A stretch of DNA of 64,000 nt from Candidatus Cloacimonadota bacterium. Lineage in GTDB: Bacteria > Cloacimonadota > Cloacimonadia > Cloacimonadales > WRIO01. Below the pieces are notes generated by a model, which was not told where the DNA came from, searched no databases, and saw nothing but the letters and a program-made list of their open reading frames with translations. A program made the translations under genes and the position numbers. The stretch's first letter is position 1. Each line of letters opens with the position of its first letter. The DNA is taken from the NCBI GenBank assembly GCA_029564175.1, contig JAKQQL010000192.1, positions 1-64,000 of the forward strand. Reading direction: 5' to 3'. Of this stretch, positions 8,878 through 18,496 are shown in pieces.

Positions 8878-10167
8878 ATGTTGCAATTACAGGAAATAAT
8901 AGCATTGAGTGTATTTGTACTCTGCTTTATATTATTTACAAACAGTAAGTTAAATTCTGTTTTGGTAGCTTTATGTGGTGGTTTTTCGATGATTGTTTTT
9001 CATATCATCAGTCAGGAAAAAGCCTTTTCAGAGTATGTTGACTGGAATGTCATTTTTTTGTTAATCGGTATGATGCTTATGATCGGTGTCATTAAAACAA
9101 CGGGATTATTTGAATATATTGCCCTCAGAACGGCGAAAATTGCCAAAGGAGAGCCGGTCAGAATCTTAATCATGCTCTTTCTGACAACCGCCTTTCTTTC
9201 TGCCTTTTTAGACAATGTAACGACCGTCATCATCATTACGCCAATTTCCATATTAATCGCAGTGGAATTAGGCATTTCTCCACTCCCTTTTGTCATATCT
9301 CAGGCGATTGGTTCAAACATCGGCGGTACTGCCACACTGATTGGTGATCCGCCAAACTTAATGATTGGCAGTGCAGCTCATTTAAGTTTTCTTGACTTTG
9401 TTTACAATCTAACTCCTGTTATAATAATAGAAGTACTTGTTGGTGCATTATTCTTCTATATATTTTTCAGAAAAAGACTAGTCGTTCAAAACTGGAGAAA
9501 AGCAAAAATTCTTGAGTTTGATGAAAAGCAACAGATTACCGATAAAGGGCTCATGATTTTTTCAATAGTCATATTGGTTTTATTTGTTGTCTTCTTATTC
9601 TTCCAGGATTATTTCAAAATCCATGCAGCAACAGTTGCCATTGCCTGTGCCTTAATCCTGATGATCAGAAACAGAAAGAATATCCATACTGAAGAATTCT
9701 TTAAAAATGAGATTGAGTGGGATTCCATATTCTTCTTTATAGGGTTGTTTATCCTTGTAGGCGGGGTTGATCAGGCAGGTATAATAGATAAAATATCCAA
9801 TTGGTTAATCGCCTTAACAAATGGTAATATCAGAGCCACATCTGTCATCTTTGTTTGGGGTTTTGGAATTGCCTCCGGTATCATTAACAATATCCCCTTT
9901 GTTGCCACAATGATTCCATTATTAAATAAAATGAGTATCGCATTAGGGGCTCAAAATGTACTACCCTTATGGTGGTCGCTTGCACTGGGATCTTGTTTAG
10001 GTGGAAATGGAACGCTAATCGGCGCATCAGCGAATATCATATCTGCCGGTATATCAAAAAAATCAGGTTTTCCTATCAGCTTCTGGACATTTACAAAATA
10101 CGGAATGATTATTACTATCATAAACCTAGCTATTTCAAGCGTTTATGTTTACTTCAGATATTTTTAA
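8878..10167 (+). CDS. ArsB/NhaD (SLC13/CitMHS-like) ion transporter
   Basis: Motifs SAFLDNVTT, SNIGGTATLIGDPPNLMI and LGGNGTLIGASANI. Highly hydrophobic. Confidence 0.9.
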   Translation: MLQLQEIIALSVFVLCFILFTNSKLNSVLVALCGGFSMIVFHIISQEKAFSEYVDWNVIFLLIGMMLMIGVIKTTGLFEYIALRTAKIAKGEPVRILIMLFLTTAFLSAFLDNVTTVIIITPISILIAVELGISPLPFVISQAIGSNIGGTATLIGDPPNLMIGSAAHLSFLDFVYNLTPVIIIEVLVGALFFYIFFRKRLVVQNWRKAKILEFDEKQQITDKGLMIFSIVILVLFVVFLFFQDYFKIHAATVAIACALILMIRNRKNIHTEEFFKNEIEWDSIFFFIGLFILVGGVDQAGIIDKISNWLIALTNGNIRATSVIFVWGFGIASGIINNIPFVATMIPLLNKMSIALGAQNVLPLWWSLALGSCLGGNGTLIGASANIISAGISKKSGFPISFWTFTKYGMIITIINLAISSVYVYFRYF

Positions 10168-10177
10168 CAGAAAAAGC

Positions 10178-10199
10178 AATGAGCCTGAAAAGGCTCATT
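10178..10199. terminator. Bidirectional intrinsic terminator
   Basis: AATGAGCCT-GAAA-AGGCTCATT between convergent genes. Confidence 0.8.
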
Positions 10200-10215
10200 T
10201 CTTTATATTTTTTAT

Positions 10216-11895
10216 TTAAACTCTTGTCAGTTTTCGGTAAGTAATTCGTTTTGGAATAAGCGCTTTTTCTCCCAGACGGCGGAGTTTATCTTCTTCATAT
10301 TCAGAGAAGTTGCCATCAAAGAATTTTACCTGACTTTCTCCTTCAAATGCCAAAATATGAGTACAAATTCTGTCTAAGAAATAACGATCATGGCTTACGA
10401 CCATCACACAGCCCGGAAAAGCCTGAATCGCTTCTTCCAAAGCACGAATGGTGTTAACATCCAAATCGTTGGTTGGTTCGTCAAGCAAGAGCACATTTCC
10501 CCCATCCTGTAGAGTTAAAGCCAGATAAACCCTGTTTCTTTCACCACCGGATAGTTCACCTACCTTACGGTAGTGATCAGCACTTGGAAAATTAAACCAT
10601 GAAATATATTGTCTGACAGGGATTTCTCTGCCACCCATCTCAATGACTTCACGTTCTTTACCGATCAGCTCAATGATAGACTGATCAGCCTGTAAATCTC
10701 TATTCTGATCTACATAAGATAAACGAACGGTTTCGCCGGTTTCAATCGAACCACTGTCAGGTGTTTCCTGTCCGGTAATCATTTTAAACAGAGTGGTTTT
10801 ACCAGCACCATTGGGACCGATAATACCGACAATTCCACCGGCTGGCACGTCAAAACTCAGATCTTCGATTAACACTTTTGAATCGAAGGCTTTTGAGATG
10901 CCATTGATCTTAAACACTTTGTTACCCAGTTTCGGGCCTGCCGGAATAAAGAGTTCATTGGTCTCATTACGTTTTTCATTGGATTGTTCAACCAGCTTTT
11001 CAAAGTTGGATATACGGGCTTTACTTTTTTCATGATTAGCTTTAGGGGTTGCTCGTATCCATTCCAGTTCTCTGGCAAGTGTCTGAATTCTCTTTTGTTC
11101 TTTTTTTTCTTCTTCCATCAGGCTCTTTTGCTTTTGATCAAGCCATGAAGAATAATTCCCTTTCCATGGGATACCATAGCCCCTGTCCAGTTCCAGAATC
11201 CAGCCGGAAACGTGATCGAGGAAGTAACGGTCATGGGTAACAGCGATTACAGTACCTTTATAGTTTTGCAGGTGATTTTCAAGCCATAAAACAGTTTCAG
11301 CATCCAGATGATTAGTAGGTTCATCGAGTAAAAGAATATCCGGCTCCTGTAAAAGCAGTTTACACAGAGCCACACGTCTCTTCTCTCCGCCAGAAATCAC
11401 ATCGGCATTCATATCAGATGGCGGGCAACGAAGCGCATTCATCGCCATTTCCAGACGGCTGTCCAAGTCCCAAATATTGTGAGCATCTAAAGCATCCTGT
11501 AAATTTCCCTGTTCTTCAAGGAGTTTATTCATCTGATCATCATCCATCGGTTCACACATCAGCATACTGATTTCATTGTAACGGTTCATGATGTCCACTT
11601 TATCCTGAACTGCTTCCTGAACGCATTCCAGCACAGTTTTTCCTGGTGTCAGATGCGGTTCCTGTTCCAGGTAGCCAATGGTATAACCTTTTGTCATGCC
11701 GATTCTGCCAACATAATCTTTATCGATTCCTGCCATAATCTTGAGCAGGCTACTCTTTCCGGATCCGTTCAAACCGATTACACCGATCTTGGCACCATAA
11801 TAGTAACCAAGCGAAATGTCTCTTAATACCTGCTTATTACCTGGATAAATCTTTCCGACTCTATCCATCGAAAATATAACTTTATTTTCTTCCAT
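10216..11895 (-). CDS. ettA: Energy-dependent translational throttle ABC-F protein EttA
   Basis: Two ABC domains plus the EttA signatures GAKIGVIGLNGSGKSSLL, ELDRGYGIPWKGNYSSWL and RITYRKL. Likely start MEENK at 11895, overlapping the mce stop (TAATG). Confidence 0.93.
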   Translation of the reverse strand: MEENKVIFSMDRVGKIYPGNKQVLRDISLGYYYGAKIGVIGLNGSGKSSLLKIMAGIDKDYVGRIGMTKGYTIGYLEQEPHLTPGKTVLECVQEAVQDKVDIMNRYNEISMLMCEPMDDDQMNKLLEEQGNLQDALDAHNIWDLDSRLEMAMNALRCPPSDMNADVISGGEKRRVALCKLLLQEPDILLLDEPTNHLDAETVLWLENHLQNYKGTVIAVTHDRYFLDHVSGWILELDRGYGIPWKGNYSSWLDQKQKSLMEEEKKEQKRIQTLARELEWIRATPKANHEKSKARISNFEKLVEQSNEKRNETNELFIPAGPKLGNKVFKINGISKAFDSKVLIEDLSFDVPAGGIVGIIGPNGAGKTTLFKMITGQETPDSGSIETGETVRLSYVDQNRDLQADQSIIELIGKEREVIEMGGREIPVRQYISWFNFPSADHYRKVGELSGGERNRVYLALTLQDGGNVLLLDEPTNDLDVNTIRALEEAIQAFPGCVMVVSHDRYFLDRICTHILAFEGESQVKFFDGNFSEYEEDKLRRLGEKALIPKRITYRKLTRV

Positions 11896-12296
11896 TAGTG
11901 TTTTTCCTGACAAAATTCAACTAAAACGCCATTGGTTGACTTTGGATGTAAAAAGGCAATATCAGCGCCATGCGCACCTAGGCGTGGTGCTTTATCAATG
12001 AGCATAATATCTTTCTCTTCTGCCTGTTGCAATTTTTCAGGTAAATCATCCACCTGGAAAGCGATATGTTGAACGCCTTCACCTTTTTTCTCAATATATT
12101 TGGCAATCGGACTGTCTTCTGCAGTTGCTTCCAGTAATTCAATACGAACATCACCTACCGGTAAAAAAGCAACTCTTACTTTTTGGGAAGGGACTTCTTC
12201 AATGGCTTCCAGCTGAAGACCTAATTTTTCGTAGAATTTTATCGCTTCTTCAAGGTTTTTAACGGCTATGCCGATATGACTGATTTTCTTAACCAT
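11895..12296 (-). CDS. mce: Methylmalonyl-CoA epimerase
   Basis: [27 protein letters not shown] and [16 protein letters not shown]. Start ATG at 12296 follows AGGAG. Confidence 0.92.
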   Translation of the reverse strand: MVKKISHIGIAVKNLEEAIKFYEKLGLQLEAIEEVPSQKVRVAFLPVGDVRIELLEATAEDSPIAKYIEKKGEGVQHIAFQVDDLPEKLQQAEEKDIMLIDKAPRLGAHGADIAFLHPKSTNGVLVEFCQEKH

Positions 12297-12325
12297 GATT
12301 ATCTCCTTTTTTTTCTTTTCATAAG

Positions 12326-12462
12326 TGTAGGACAAGCAACCTGCTTGTCTACATTTAAATACGCAAGCTGGTAGCTTACGTTACATCTTCGCAAGCTGGT
12401 AGCTTTTCGTACTACAAGCGTCCCGCTTGTAGCATTTTCTACAAGCAAGATACTTGTAGTAC
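12326..12462. repeat. Cluster of REP-like palindromes (REPIN-like)
   Basis: GTAG-GACAAGCA-ACC-TGCTTGTC, two copies of CGCAAGCTGGTAGCTT, and the inverted doublet GTACTACAAG...CTTGTAG / CTACAAG...CTTGTAGTAC. Confidence 0.75.
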
Positions 12463-12516
12463 ACACTTCGCTGCGTTGCAAGTCAAGTTCCTGATTCACA
12501 ATTTGTTTGATTTGTT

Positions 12517-12540
12517 AAAAAAGCCTGCGCAGGGCAGGCT
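12517..12540 (-). terminator. Intrinsic terminator of the kor operon
   Basis: AGCCTGC-N5-GCAGGCT followed by a T-run on the minus strand. Confidence 0.75.
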
Positions 12541-12560
12541 CTTATCTTTTTATTGAAATT

Positions 12561-13109
12561 TTATTTAGCATTATCTGCTAATTCAAAACCCAATTGCATC
12601 GCTTTCATATTTAAATCAACATGAGCAGATTTAACGGAATTGCGAATTGCAGTTTCCAATGATTTTTCACTAACGATTTTAGTTGCTCTAACCATAAAAG
12701 ACAAAGCGACGATATTCATTGGTAAATCAGTACCTAGTTTTTCGAGTGCAATTTCAGAGAAAGGCACTTCATATATTTTTCCAACTGTTACAGAAATATT
12801 TTTTACCAAGCCTGAATCAACAATCAATACACCATCTTCTTTCATTTCGAAGATAAATTTATCGCAGGCTTCCTGAGTTAATGCAATTAAAACATCAATA
12901 TTCTGTGCTTCAGGAAAATAAATATCTCCATCAGAAATAATGGTATCAGCACGGGATGAGCCCCCACGTGATTCAGGTCCATAACTCTGTGTCTGGGTTA
13001 CTTTATATTTATCGAGCACACCGGCACGGGCTAACACAATACCATCTAAAATAAGACCTTGTCCGCCACTACCGCTAAAACGAACTTCTTTACGAAATAC
13101 CTGGGTCAT
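12561..13109 (-). CDS. korC: 2-oxoacid:ferredoxin oxidoreductase gamma subunit
   Basis: EVRFSGSGGQG and TQSYGPESRGGSS motifs. Confidence 0.9.
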   Translation of the reverse strand: MTQVFRKEVRFSGSGGQGLILDGIVLARAGVLDKYKVTQTQSYGPESRGGSSRADTIISDGDIYFPEAQNIDVLIALTQEACDKFIFEMKEDGVLIVDSGLVKNISVTVGKIYEVPFSEIALEKLGTDLPMNIVALSFMVRATKIVSEKSLETAIRNSVKSAHVDLNMKAMQLGFELADNAK

Positions 13110-13951
13110 TTTGAAGCCTCCTCTTTAGATTTAAACTGAGTGCATAAGTTTTCATAGGCATCGCAATATTCACGTTTATCAACGTTTCTCAGGATACCGC
13201 GAACAATTTTGCCTTCCAGTTGTTCAGGAGACATTTTTGCAACAGCCTGTACTGGCACTGAGTTATCTCTCATCTGCATCATCATTTCAGGCGCTCCGCC
13301 TTTTCGGTTTAAGCGACCATAAATAACAGGACATGCAGAAACAACTTCAACTAAAGAAAATCCTTTGTGTTCAAGTGCCTGTTTAATCAGACCTTGAGCT
13401 TCGATCGCATGAAAAGCTGTCGTTCTTGCAACGAATGTTGCTCCAGCACCCATTGCCAGATCACAGATATCGAAAGTAGGATCAATATTACCATAAGGGC
13501 AGGTCGTTGCACGATCACCGGTAGGCGTGGTAGGTGAATACTGACCACCGGTCATACCGTAAATATTGTTGTTAATCAGAATCATGGTAATATCAATGTT
13601 ACGACGGCAGGCATGGATAAAATGATTACCACCAATAGCAGTCGCATCACCATCACCGGTAATAACAATCACTTTTTGTTCCGGCTTCTGGAATTTTACA
13701 CCGGTAGCAAATGGAATGGCACGACCATGTAGTGTATGTAATGTGTTAAAATCCACATAAACAGGCATACGGGAAGAACAACCAATACCAGATACCATTG
13801 TGATACCATCACGGTTATAGTTTAATTCTGCAATAGCACGGATAATGTCACCCAGAACAATCCCGTTACTACAGCCGGCACACCAGACATGCGGGAATTT
13901 TTTATTGTGTCTTAAATATTTATGAATGACTCTTTGTGGGATATTTGCCAT
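13106..13951 (-). CDS. korB: 2-oxoacid:ferredoxin oxidoreductase beta subunit
   Basis: WCAGC, SGIGCS, HTLHGRA, and the TPP motif GDGD...NNNIYGMTGGQ. Confidence 0.93.
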   Translation of the reverse strand: MANIPQRVIHKYLRHNKKFPHVWCAGCSNGIVLGDIIRAIAELNYNRDGITMVSGIGCSSRMPVYVDFNTLHTLHGRAIPFATGVKFQKPEQKVIVITGDGDATAIGGNHFIHACRRNIDITMILINNNIYGMTGGQYSPTTPTGDRATTCPYGNIDPTFDICDLAMGAGATFVARTTAFHAIEAQGLIKQALEHKGFSLVEVVSACPVIYGRLNRKGGAPEMMMQMRDNSVPVQAVAKMSPEQLEGKIVRGILRNVDKREYCDAYENLCTQFKSKEEASK

Positions 13952-13952
13952 T

Positions 13953-15161
13953 TTAATGTACCTCCTTGATCACCTGGAAAATGTGACTTGGCGTAATCAT
14001 TTCGCCATCAGTGCGCTGAATAGGGATTAATTTTCCATCGCCTTTGTCTTTAGTCAGTCGTTGTAATTCATGAATCATCTGTCCTTCGTTCAATTCAGGA
14101 ACGATAACAGTATCTACATCACGAAGCATTTTACGAACTGCGTCATCAGGGAAAGGCCAAATAGTGATCGGACGTAAGAGACCCACTTTAATACCATATT
14201 CACGGGCAGATTTGATCGCTGCTTTTGCAGAACGGGCACAGATACCGGCTGCAAAGATAGCAATTGTTGCATCTTCCATCATATAGCTTTCAATCTGAAC
14301 CAGATCTCTGATATTATGGGTAATCTTGCATTTGAGACGTTTCATCATGGTAGCCACTTCACTTGCCTTGTTGGTTGGGAAACCAAGCGCATCGTGAGCC
14401 AGACCGGTTACATGGAAACGGTAACCTTCGCCATAGCTGGCAACAGGTGAAAGATATTTTTGATTCTCATCATAATGTTTATACCATTCTGGTGGAACGG
14501 TTGGTTTTAAACGATTAATAATTCGGACATTGGAAATATCAGGCAGTTTAACCGCTTCACGCATATGACCTAAAACTTCATCCAGCAATAAGGTAACACA
14601 GGTTCTGTATTTTTCTGCAAGATTTATTGCACGGATCGCCAACTCATAACATTCCTTCACAGTATGCGGATAAAGCACAATCGCAGGAGCATCACCATGT
14701 GAGCCCCATTTTGACTGCATGATATCACTCTGTGACGGTTTGGTTGGTAAACCGGTACTTGGACCGCCACGTTGAACATCAACCACAACACAAGGGGTTT
14801 CGGTAATTTTAGCATAACCGATACCTTCCTGCATTAAAGAAAAGCCAGGTCCGCTGGTAGCAGTCATTGCTTTAGCACCAGCCAGAGAAGCACCAATAAT
14901 GGCACAAATACTGGCAATTTCATCTTCCATCTGAATAAATTTTCCGCCTCTTTTTGGTAATTCACTGGATAAAATCTCAGCAATTTCTGTAGAAGGTGTG
15001 ATCGGATAGCCTGCATAAAAATTTAAACCAGCAGCAAGGGCGCCCATAGCAACTGCTTCATTTCCCTGCATTAATACCACTTTACGGGTATCAGCAGACT
15101 GAGTATCTGCTGGTTGAATTTCTACCACTTTTTCGTTCAGTTTTTCGTTCTTTTTTGACAT
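13953..15161 (-). CDS. korA: 2-oxoacid:ferredoxin oxidoreductase alpha subunit
   Basis: GNEAVA, YAGYPITPSTEI, QMEDE, TATSGPG and QRGGPSTGLPT motifs. Confidence 0.93.
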   Translation of the reverse strand: MSKKNEKLNEKVVEIQPADTQSADTRKVVLMQGNEAVAMGALAAGLNFYAGYPITPSTEIAEILSSELPKRGGKFIQMEDEIASICAIIGASLAGAKAMTATSGPGFSLMQEGIGYAKITETPCVVVDVQRGGPSTGLPTKPSQSDIMQSKWGSHGDAPAIVLYPHTVKECYELAIRAINLAEKYRTCVTLLLDEVLGHMREAVKLPDISNVRIINRLKPTVPPEWYKHYDENQKYLSPVASYGEGYRFHVTGLAHDALGFPTNKASEVATMMKRLKCKITHNIRDLVQIESYMMEDATIAIFAAGICARSAKAAIKSAREYGIKVGLLRPITIWPFPDDAVRKMLRDVDTVIVPELNEGQMIHELQRLTKDKGDGKLIPIQRTDGEMITPSHIFQVIKEVH

Positions 15162-15173
15162 TTCATAACCTCC

Positions 15174-15473
15174 TTAACGCTTAGCTCCGGTAATCGCAAA
15201 ATCAGGGCATAAGCGATCGCAAGTTTCACAGTGAATACATTTTTCAGGAAACTCAACAAAAGGAGTTCCATCGGCTTTTCTGCCTAAGCATTTTGTTGGA
15301 CAAAACGCTACACAGATACCGCATTTTTTACACCATTCGTAATAAATATACACGGGTGATAATTTGTAGTCCACATTTTCTTTTTCTTCTGTGACTTCTA
15401 CTTCCATCAGCTCGCGTGCATCGCCGTCTGTTAATATCTGTCCTTCTTTGGACTTAGACGTTTTAGCAGCCAT
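15174..15473 (-). CDS. korD: 2[4Fe-4S] ferredoxin-like delta subunit
   Basis: Two CxxCxxCxxxCP motifs. First gene of the operon, with GGAGG before the ATG at 15473. Confidence 0.88.
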   Translation of the reverse strand: MAAKTSKSKEGQILTDGDARELMEVEVTEEKENVDYKLSPVYIYYEWCKKCGICVAFCPTKCLGRKADGTPFVEFPEKCIHCETCDRLCPDFAITGAKR

Positions 15474-15708
15474 CCTCGCCTCCAAATCTTCTCATCTTTA
15501 TAAGACAAAAGATATAATCACTAAAAAAAGGGCAAGTTTTTTATTCAAATTTTTCTCTATTCTTGCCCTAAACTGCTTCTATTAAAGGATTAAGAGGGAT
15601 TTATGAACCTCTTTAAAACAGACTTGTTTTTATAGAATTATCTGATTTTGGGTCTTTTTTTACTTATTTTTTTAAAAATGAATACTTTAAATCTCTATTT
15701 TTTAAAGC

Positions 15709-16092
15709 TTATGACTCATGCTGTTTTTTTTCAACCTTGATTACTTTAAACTGCTTTACGCCTCCAGGCATTTTCCATTCAATTTCATCACCCTGACGAT
15801 ATCCGATTAAAGCGGTTCCTATGGGTGCTAAAACGGATATCTTGCCTTCTTTATAATCGGCTTCATCCGGATAAACCAGCGCAATCACTTTCTCAAGTCC
15901 ACTTTGCAAATCAAGCAGGGTAACAGTGGATTCCATCGAAATCACATCTGAAGGAACATCCTGCAGTGGCAATACTTTGGCTTTGTTTAATTCTTTCCTT
16001 AATGCAATGGCATTGACATCTTGTACATGTTCTTGATTTAAAACCGCATCAAGCCTTAACTTATCATTTAACGAAATAATGAGTTCAACCAT
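15709..16092 (-). CDS. rnk: Rnk / GreA-GreB C-terminal domain protein
   Basis: VPSDVISMESTV, LVYPDEAD and ISVLAPIGTALIG motifs. True start probably ATG 16092 after GGAGGAAGG. Confidence 0.85.
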   Translation of the reverse strand: MVELIISLNDKLRLDAVLNQEHVQDVNAIALRKELNKAKVLPLQDVPSDVISMESTVTLLDLQSGLEKVIALVYPDEADYKEGKISVLAPIGTALIGYRQGDEIEWKMPGGVKQFKVIKVEKKQHES

Positions 16093-16279
16093 GTCCTTCC
16101 TCCGTAATTGATTTTGAATTGCTTTTGACCTTAATTCTCCTATCACCCTGTTTATCAATATAACCTGATTTTTCAAACATGCTACTAAAAACTTAATTTG
16201 AATGAAAATTAGTAATAACGCATACCCTTTATCTGCTTTTTATTTTGTATCTCAAGCACAGTTAACAGACGCAAAAATG

Positions 16280-16535
16280 TGTCATTCTGAGCCTGCGTAA
16301 TCGCGAAGCGCTGAGCGTAGTGAAGCAAAGAACAATATCCTATAGAACTGCTTGCATCTAAAAAATATAGTCAATACCTGAACAGATAAAGAAGTTTTTT
16401 ATACAACCACAGAAGGCACTGAAATCTACGAAGGCTACAAACAAGATGATCGTAATGCTGATCTCGGATTTACGTCATTCCGCTACGCTCCATTTCGCAA
16501 ATCCCTACAAACCTATCATTCTCCGCGACTCTGCA
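16280..16535. repeat. Mosaic of short intergenic repeats shared with the 6616-7184 element
   Basis: GCTACAAACAAGATG (16434-16448) is the exact reverse complement of 6858-6872. CGGATTTACG...CGCAAATCCCTACA (16465-16509) matches 6907-6941. An AACCAC...ACGAA motif resembles the reverse complement of 7069-7095. Confidence 0.7.
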
Positions 16536-16684
16536 TGAAAATAGAGTTGAAGACCATTGGCTTAATACACTTGAAATTCTATATAATCTTTCAGATTTCT
16601 CCAAGATTGAAAAGAGAATATATTGAGAATCTATTTGCTTTTGTATGTAAACCTATTAGTTTATCCAGAAGAGAGGATGAGAAT

Positions 16685-17245
16685 ATGAGAGTCTTTTTCA
16701 AAAACAAAGTACATGATTACCCCAAACAAGCGGGGGATTGTTATCTGGCATGGTATAATCAGGGAAAAAATTGTATTCTGAAAAAGAAACCAGTATTTGT
16801 CTGTAAAGCCCAGCATATCAAAATTCAAGTCATCAATCAAATCAGTTTAAAACTGTGGACAGAACAAGGTCATAAAGTTAAAAGGGATATGGCAGAATAT
16901 GCCAGACAATATAAACTCACCTACCCTGGTTTAAGAAAACGGGGAGTCAGTGCTTACAGTATTTTTCTGAAGATTACGCATGCACTCATCAAAAGATTTT
17001 CTCTGGCATTCCTGGAAGAATCCCTGTTGACAGACACCTTAAGAGTCTTGTTAAAAGGACTGAGTGTGTACAAATGTGTTCTGAATAAACTTTTAAACAA
17101 GGTACCTGGCATATATCGTTTTAATCATAAAACAGATGAAGTCTCTTGTCAAAATTTTTGCATAAAAAAAAGCTACTTTTTGAATAATGATAGCTTGAAT
17201 CATTTACAACAAGTAGTCTCGCCTGATTTTTGCAATACAGGTTAA
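16685..17245 (+). CDS. Hypothetical basic protein
   Basis: GAGGA RBS before the ATG at 16685. K/R-rich 186-aa ORF with no recognised motif. Confidence 0.55.
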   Translation: MRVFFKNKVHDYPKQAGDCYLAWYNQGKNCILKKKPVFVCKAQHIKIQVINQISLKLWTEQGHKVKRDMAEYARQYKLTYPGLRKRGVSAYSIFLKITHALIKRFSLAFLEESLLTDTLRVLLKGLSVYKCVLNKLLNKVPGIYRFNHKTDEVSCQNFCIKKSYFLNNDSLNHLQQVVSPDFCNTG

Positions 17246-17307
17246 ATCAAGAAGGATAAAACCTGTATTATCACTAACTGCTTAATAATTTATTGTATTT
17301 TAAAAGA

Positions 17308-18114
17308 TTAGAGATATTTCAGTAATTCTTCTTCTCTCAGTTGGGCATAAAGTTCAATATAAGGTTTAATCGGGCTGGAAGCAATCTTGGTAAACAATAC
17401 TTCTTCGACCTGAAATAAACCGACAGACTGGCTCATTTGTACCAGAATTCTAATAGGTTTATGCTCTCCCTGTAAAATCGTTACTTTTTGTATTGCTGTT
17501 GCGGAATACTTATGAATATCTCCAACACGTGGTTTATCATTCAATAAAGTAGTAATTCTGGCTCTGCCATGTTCCATATCGCAACCATCGCCCACCAGTA
17601 CCAGTCCTGCTTCTATAGAATGAATTTTCTGAGTTGCCATGTGCCCGAATATTGCCTCCTGAGTAATCGAGCGAACAGCTACCTTCTTATTGATTTCTTC
17701 CTGAGAATAGATAGCATCGAGCACTTTATCAATAAAAGGTCTGGCCAGTTCAAGACTAATCAGTTCATGCTTGTCACGTGTGATTGCCATACCCAGATCA
17801 TGAAATATAGAGGCCATAAAAACGGCCAGTCTGGAATCTTCTGCTTCTGCGACATCTTCTTTTTCAAGACTCATTTTAATTTGGTTTTCAATCAATAAGT
17901 TAAACATAGTCATGGCATTCAGGGCTGCCTTTCTCATGTGAACCGGACCGTGATCATTATAGCCGAGTCTTTTAATAGAAACATTATTGGCATATTCCTG
18001 CATTGCCTGTAATTCGATATCATTAAAAATCATTTCTGCTGCCTGAAGTGTTTTCCCTTTCAAGCTGTCGAGGATTTTATGTTCCAGCGATATCTGTTTT
18101 GCTGATTTATTCAT
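17308..18114 (-). CDS. HD-domain metal-dependent phosphohydrolase
   Basis: RLGYNDHGPVH, FHDLG, H and D(GCDM) HD-family motifs. Confidence 0.85.
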   Translation of the reverse strand: MNKSAKQISLEHKILDSLKGKTLQAAEMIFNDIELQAMQEYANNVSIKRLGYNDHGPVHMRKAALNAMTMFNLLIENQIKMSLEKEDVAEAEDSRLAVFMASIFHDLGMAITRDKHELISLELARPFIDKVLDAIYSQEEINKKVAVRSITQEAIFGHMATQKIHSIEAGLVLVGDGCDMEHGRARITTLLNDKPRVGDIHKYSATAIQKVTILQGEHKPIRILVQMSQSVGLFQVEEVLFTKIASSPIKPYIELYAQLREEELLKYL

Positions 18115-18139
18115 TTTACTTACTCCTTTTTATGTTTTT

Positions 18140-18165
18140 CGTACGACAAACATCATGTTTGTAGC
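18140..18165. repeat. Solo REP-like palindrome
   Basis: CGTACGACAAACATCATGTTTGTAGC is homologous to 6847-6872 and 12408-12433. Confidence 0.7.
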
Positions 18166-18496
18166 AAAGCTTTTTTCTTCTCTTATGCTTTAAATTCGCT
18201 AAAAAATAAAGCTAATCTTGATAATATAAGACAAATAGCAAAATAATGCCAATTTTTTTAAAAGAAACTTTCAAAAAACAAAAAATTCTATCTTCTCTCA
18301 TCTTTGAAAAATTAAGCGTTCTTTTTTAAAGCCTTCCATTTTTTTATTATAACATATCAGATTTTCACCATTTATACCGATTAGACAGAATAATCGTTCT
18401 CCTATTAACCCATTACCTCATATTTTTTTCTTTTTTTTATTGACTGAATTCCATTATTATAATATAAGTGATAAAAAATGACATAAAGAGGGTGAA

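Noticed and set aside
12326..12462. Possible mini CRISPR array
   Set aside because: The repeats are short palindromes in mixed orientation without regular unique spacers, and no cas genes are present. REP-like fits better.
16085..16180. Short out-of-frame uORF (MFEKSGYIDKQGDRRIKV...) overlapping the rnk start
   Set aside because: No SD before its ATG and no associated structure, unlike the decarboxylase leader. Likely incidental.
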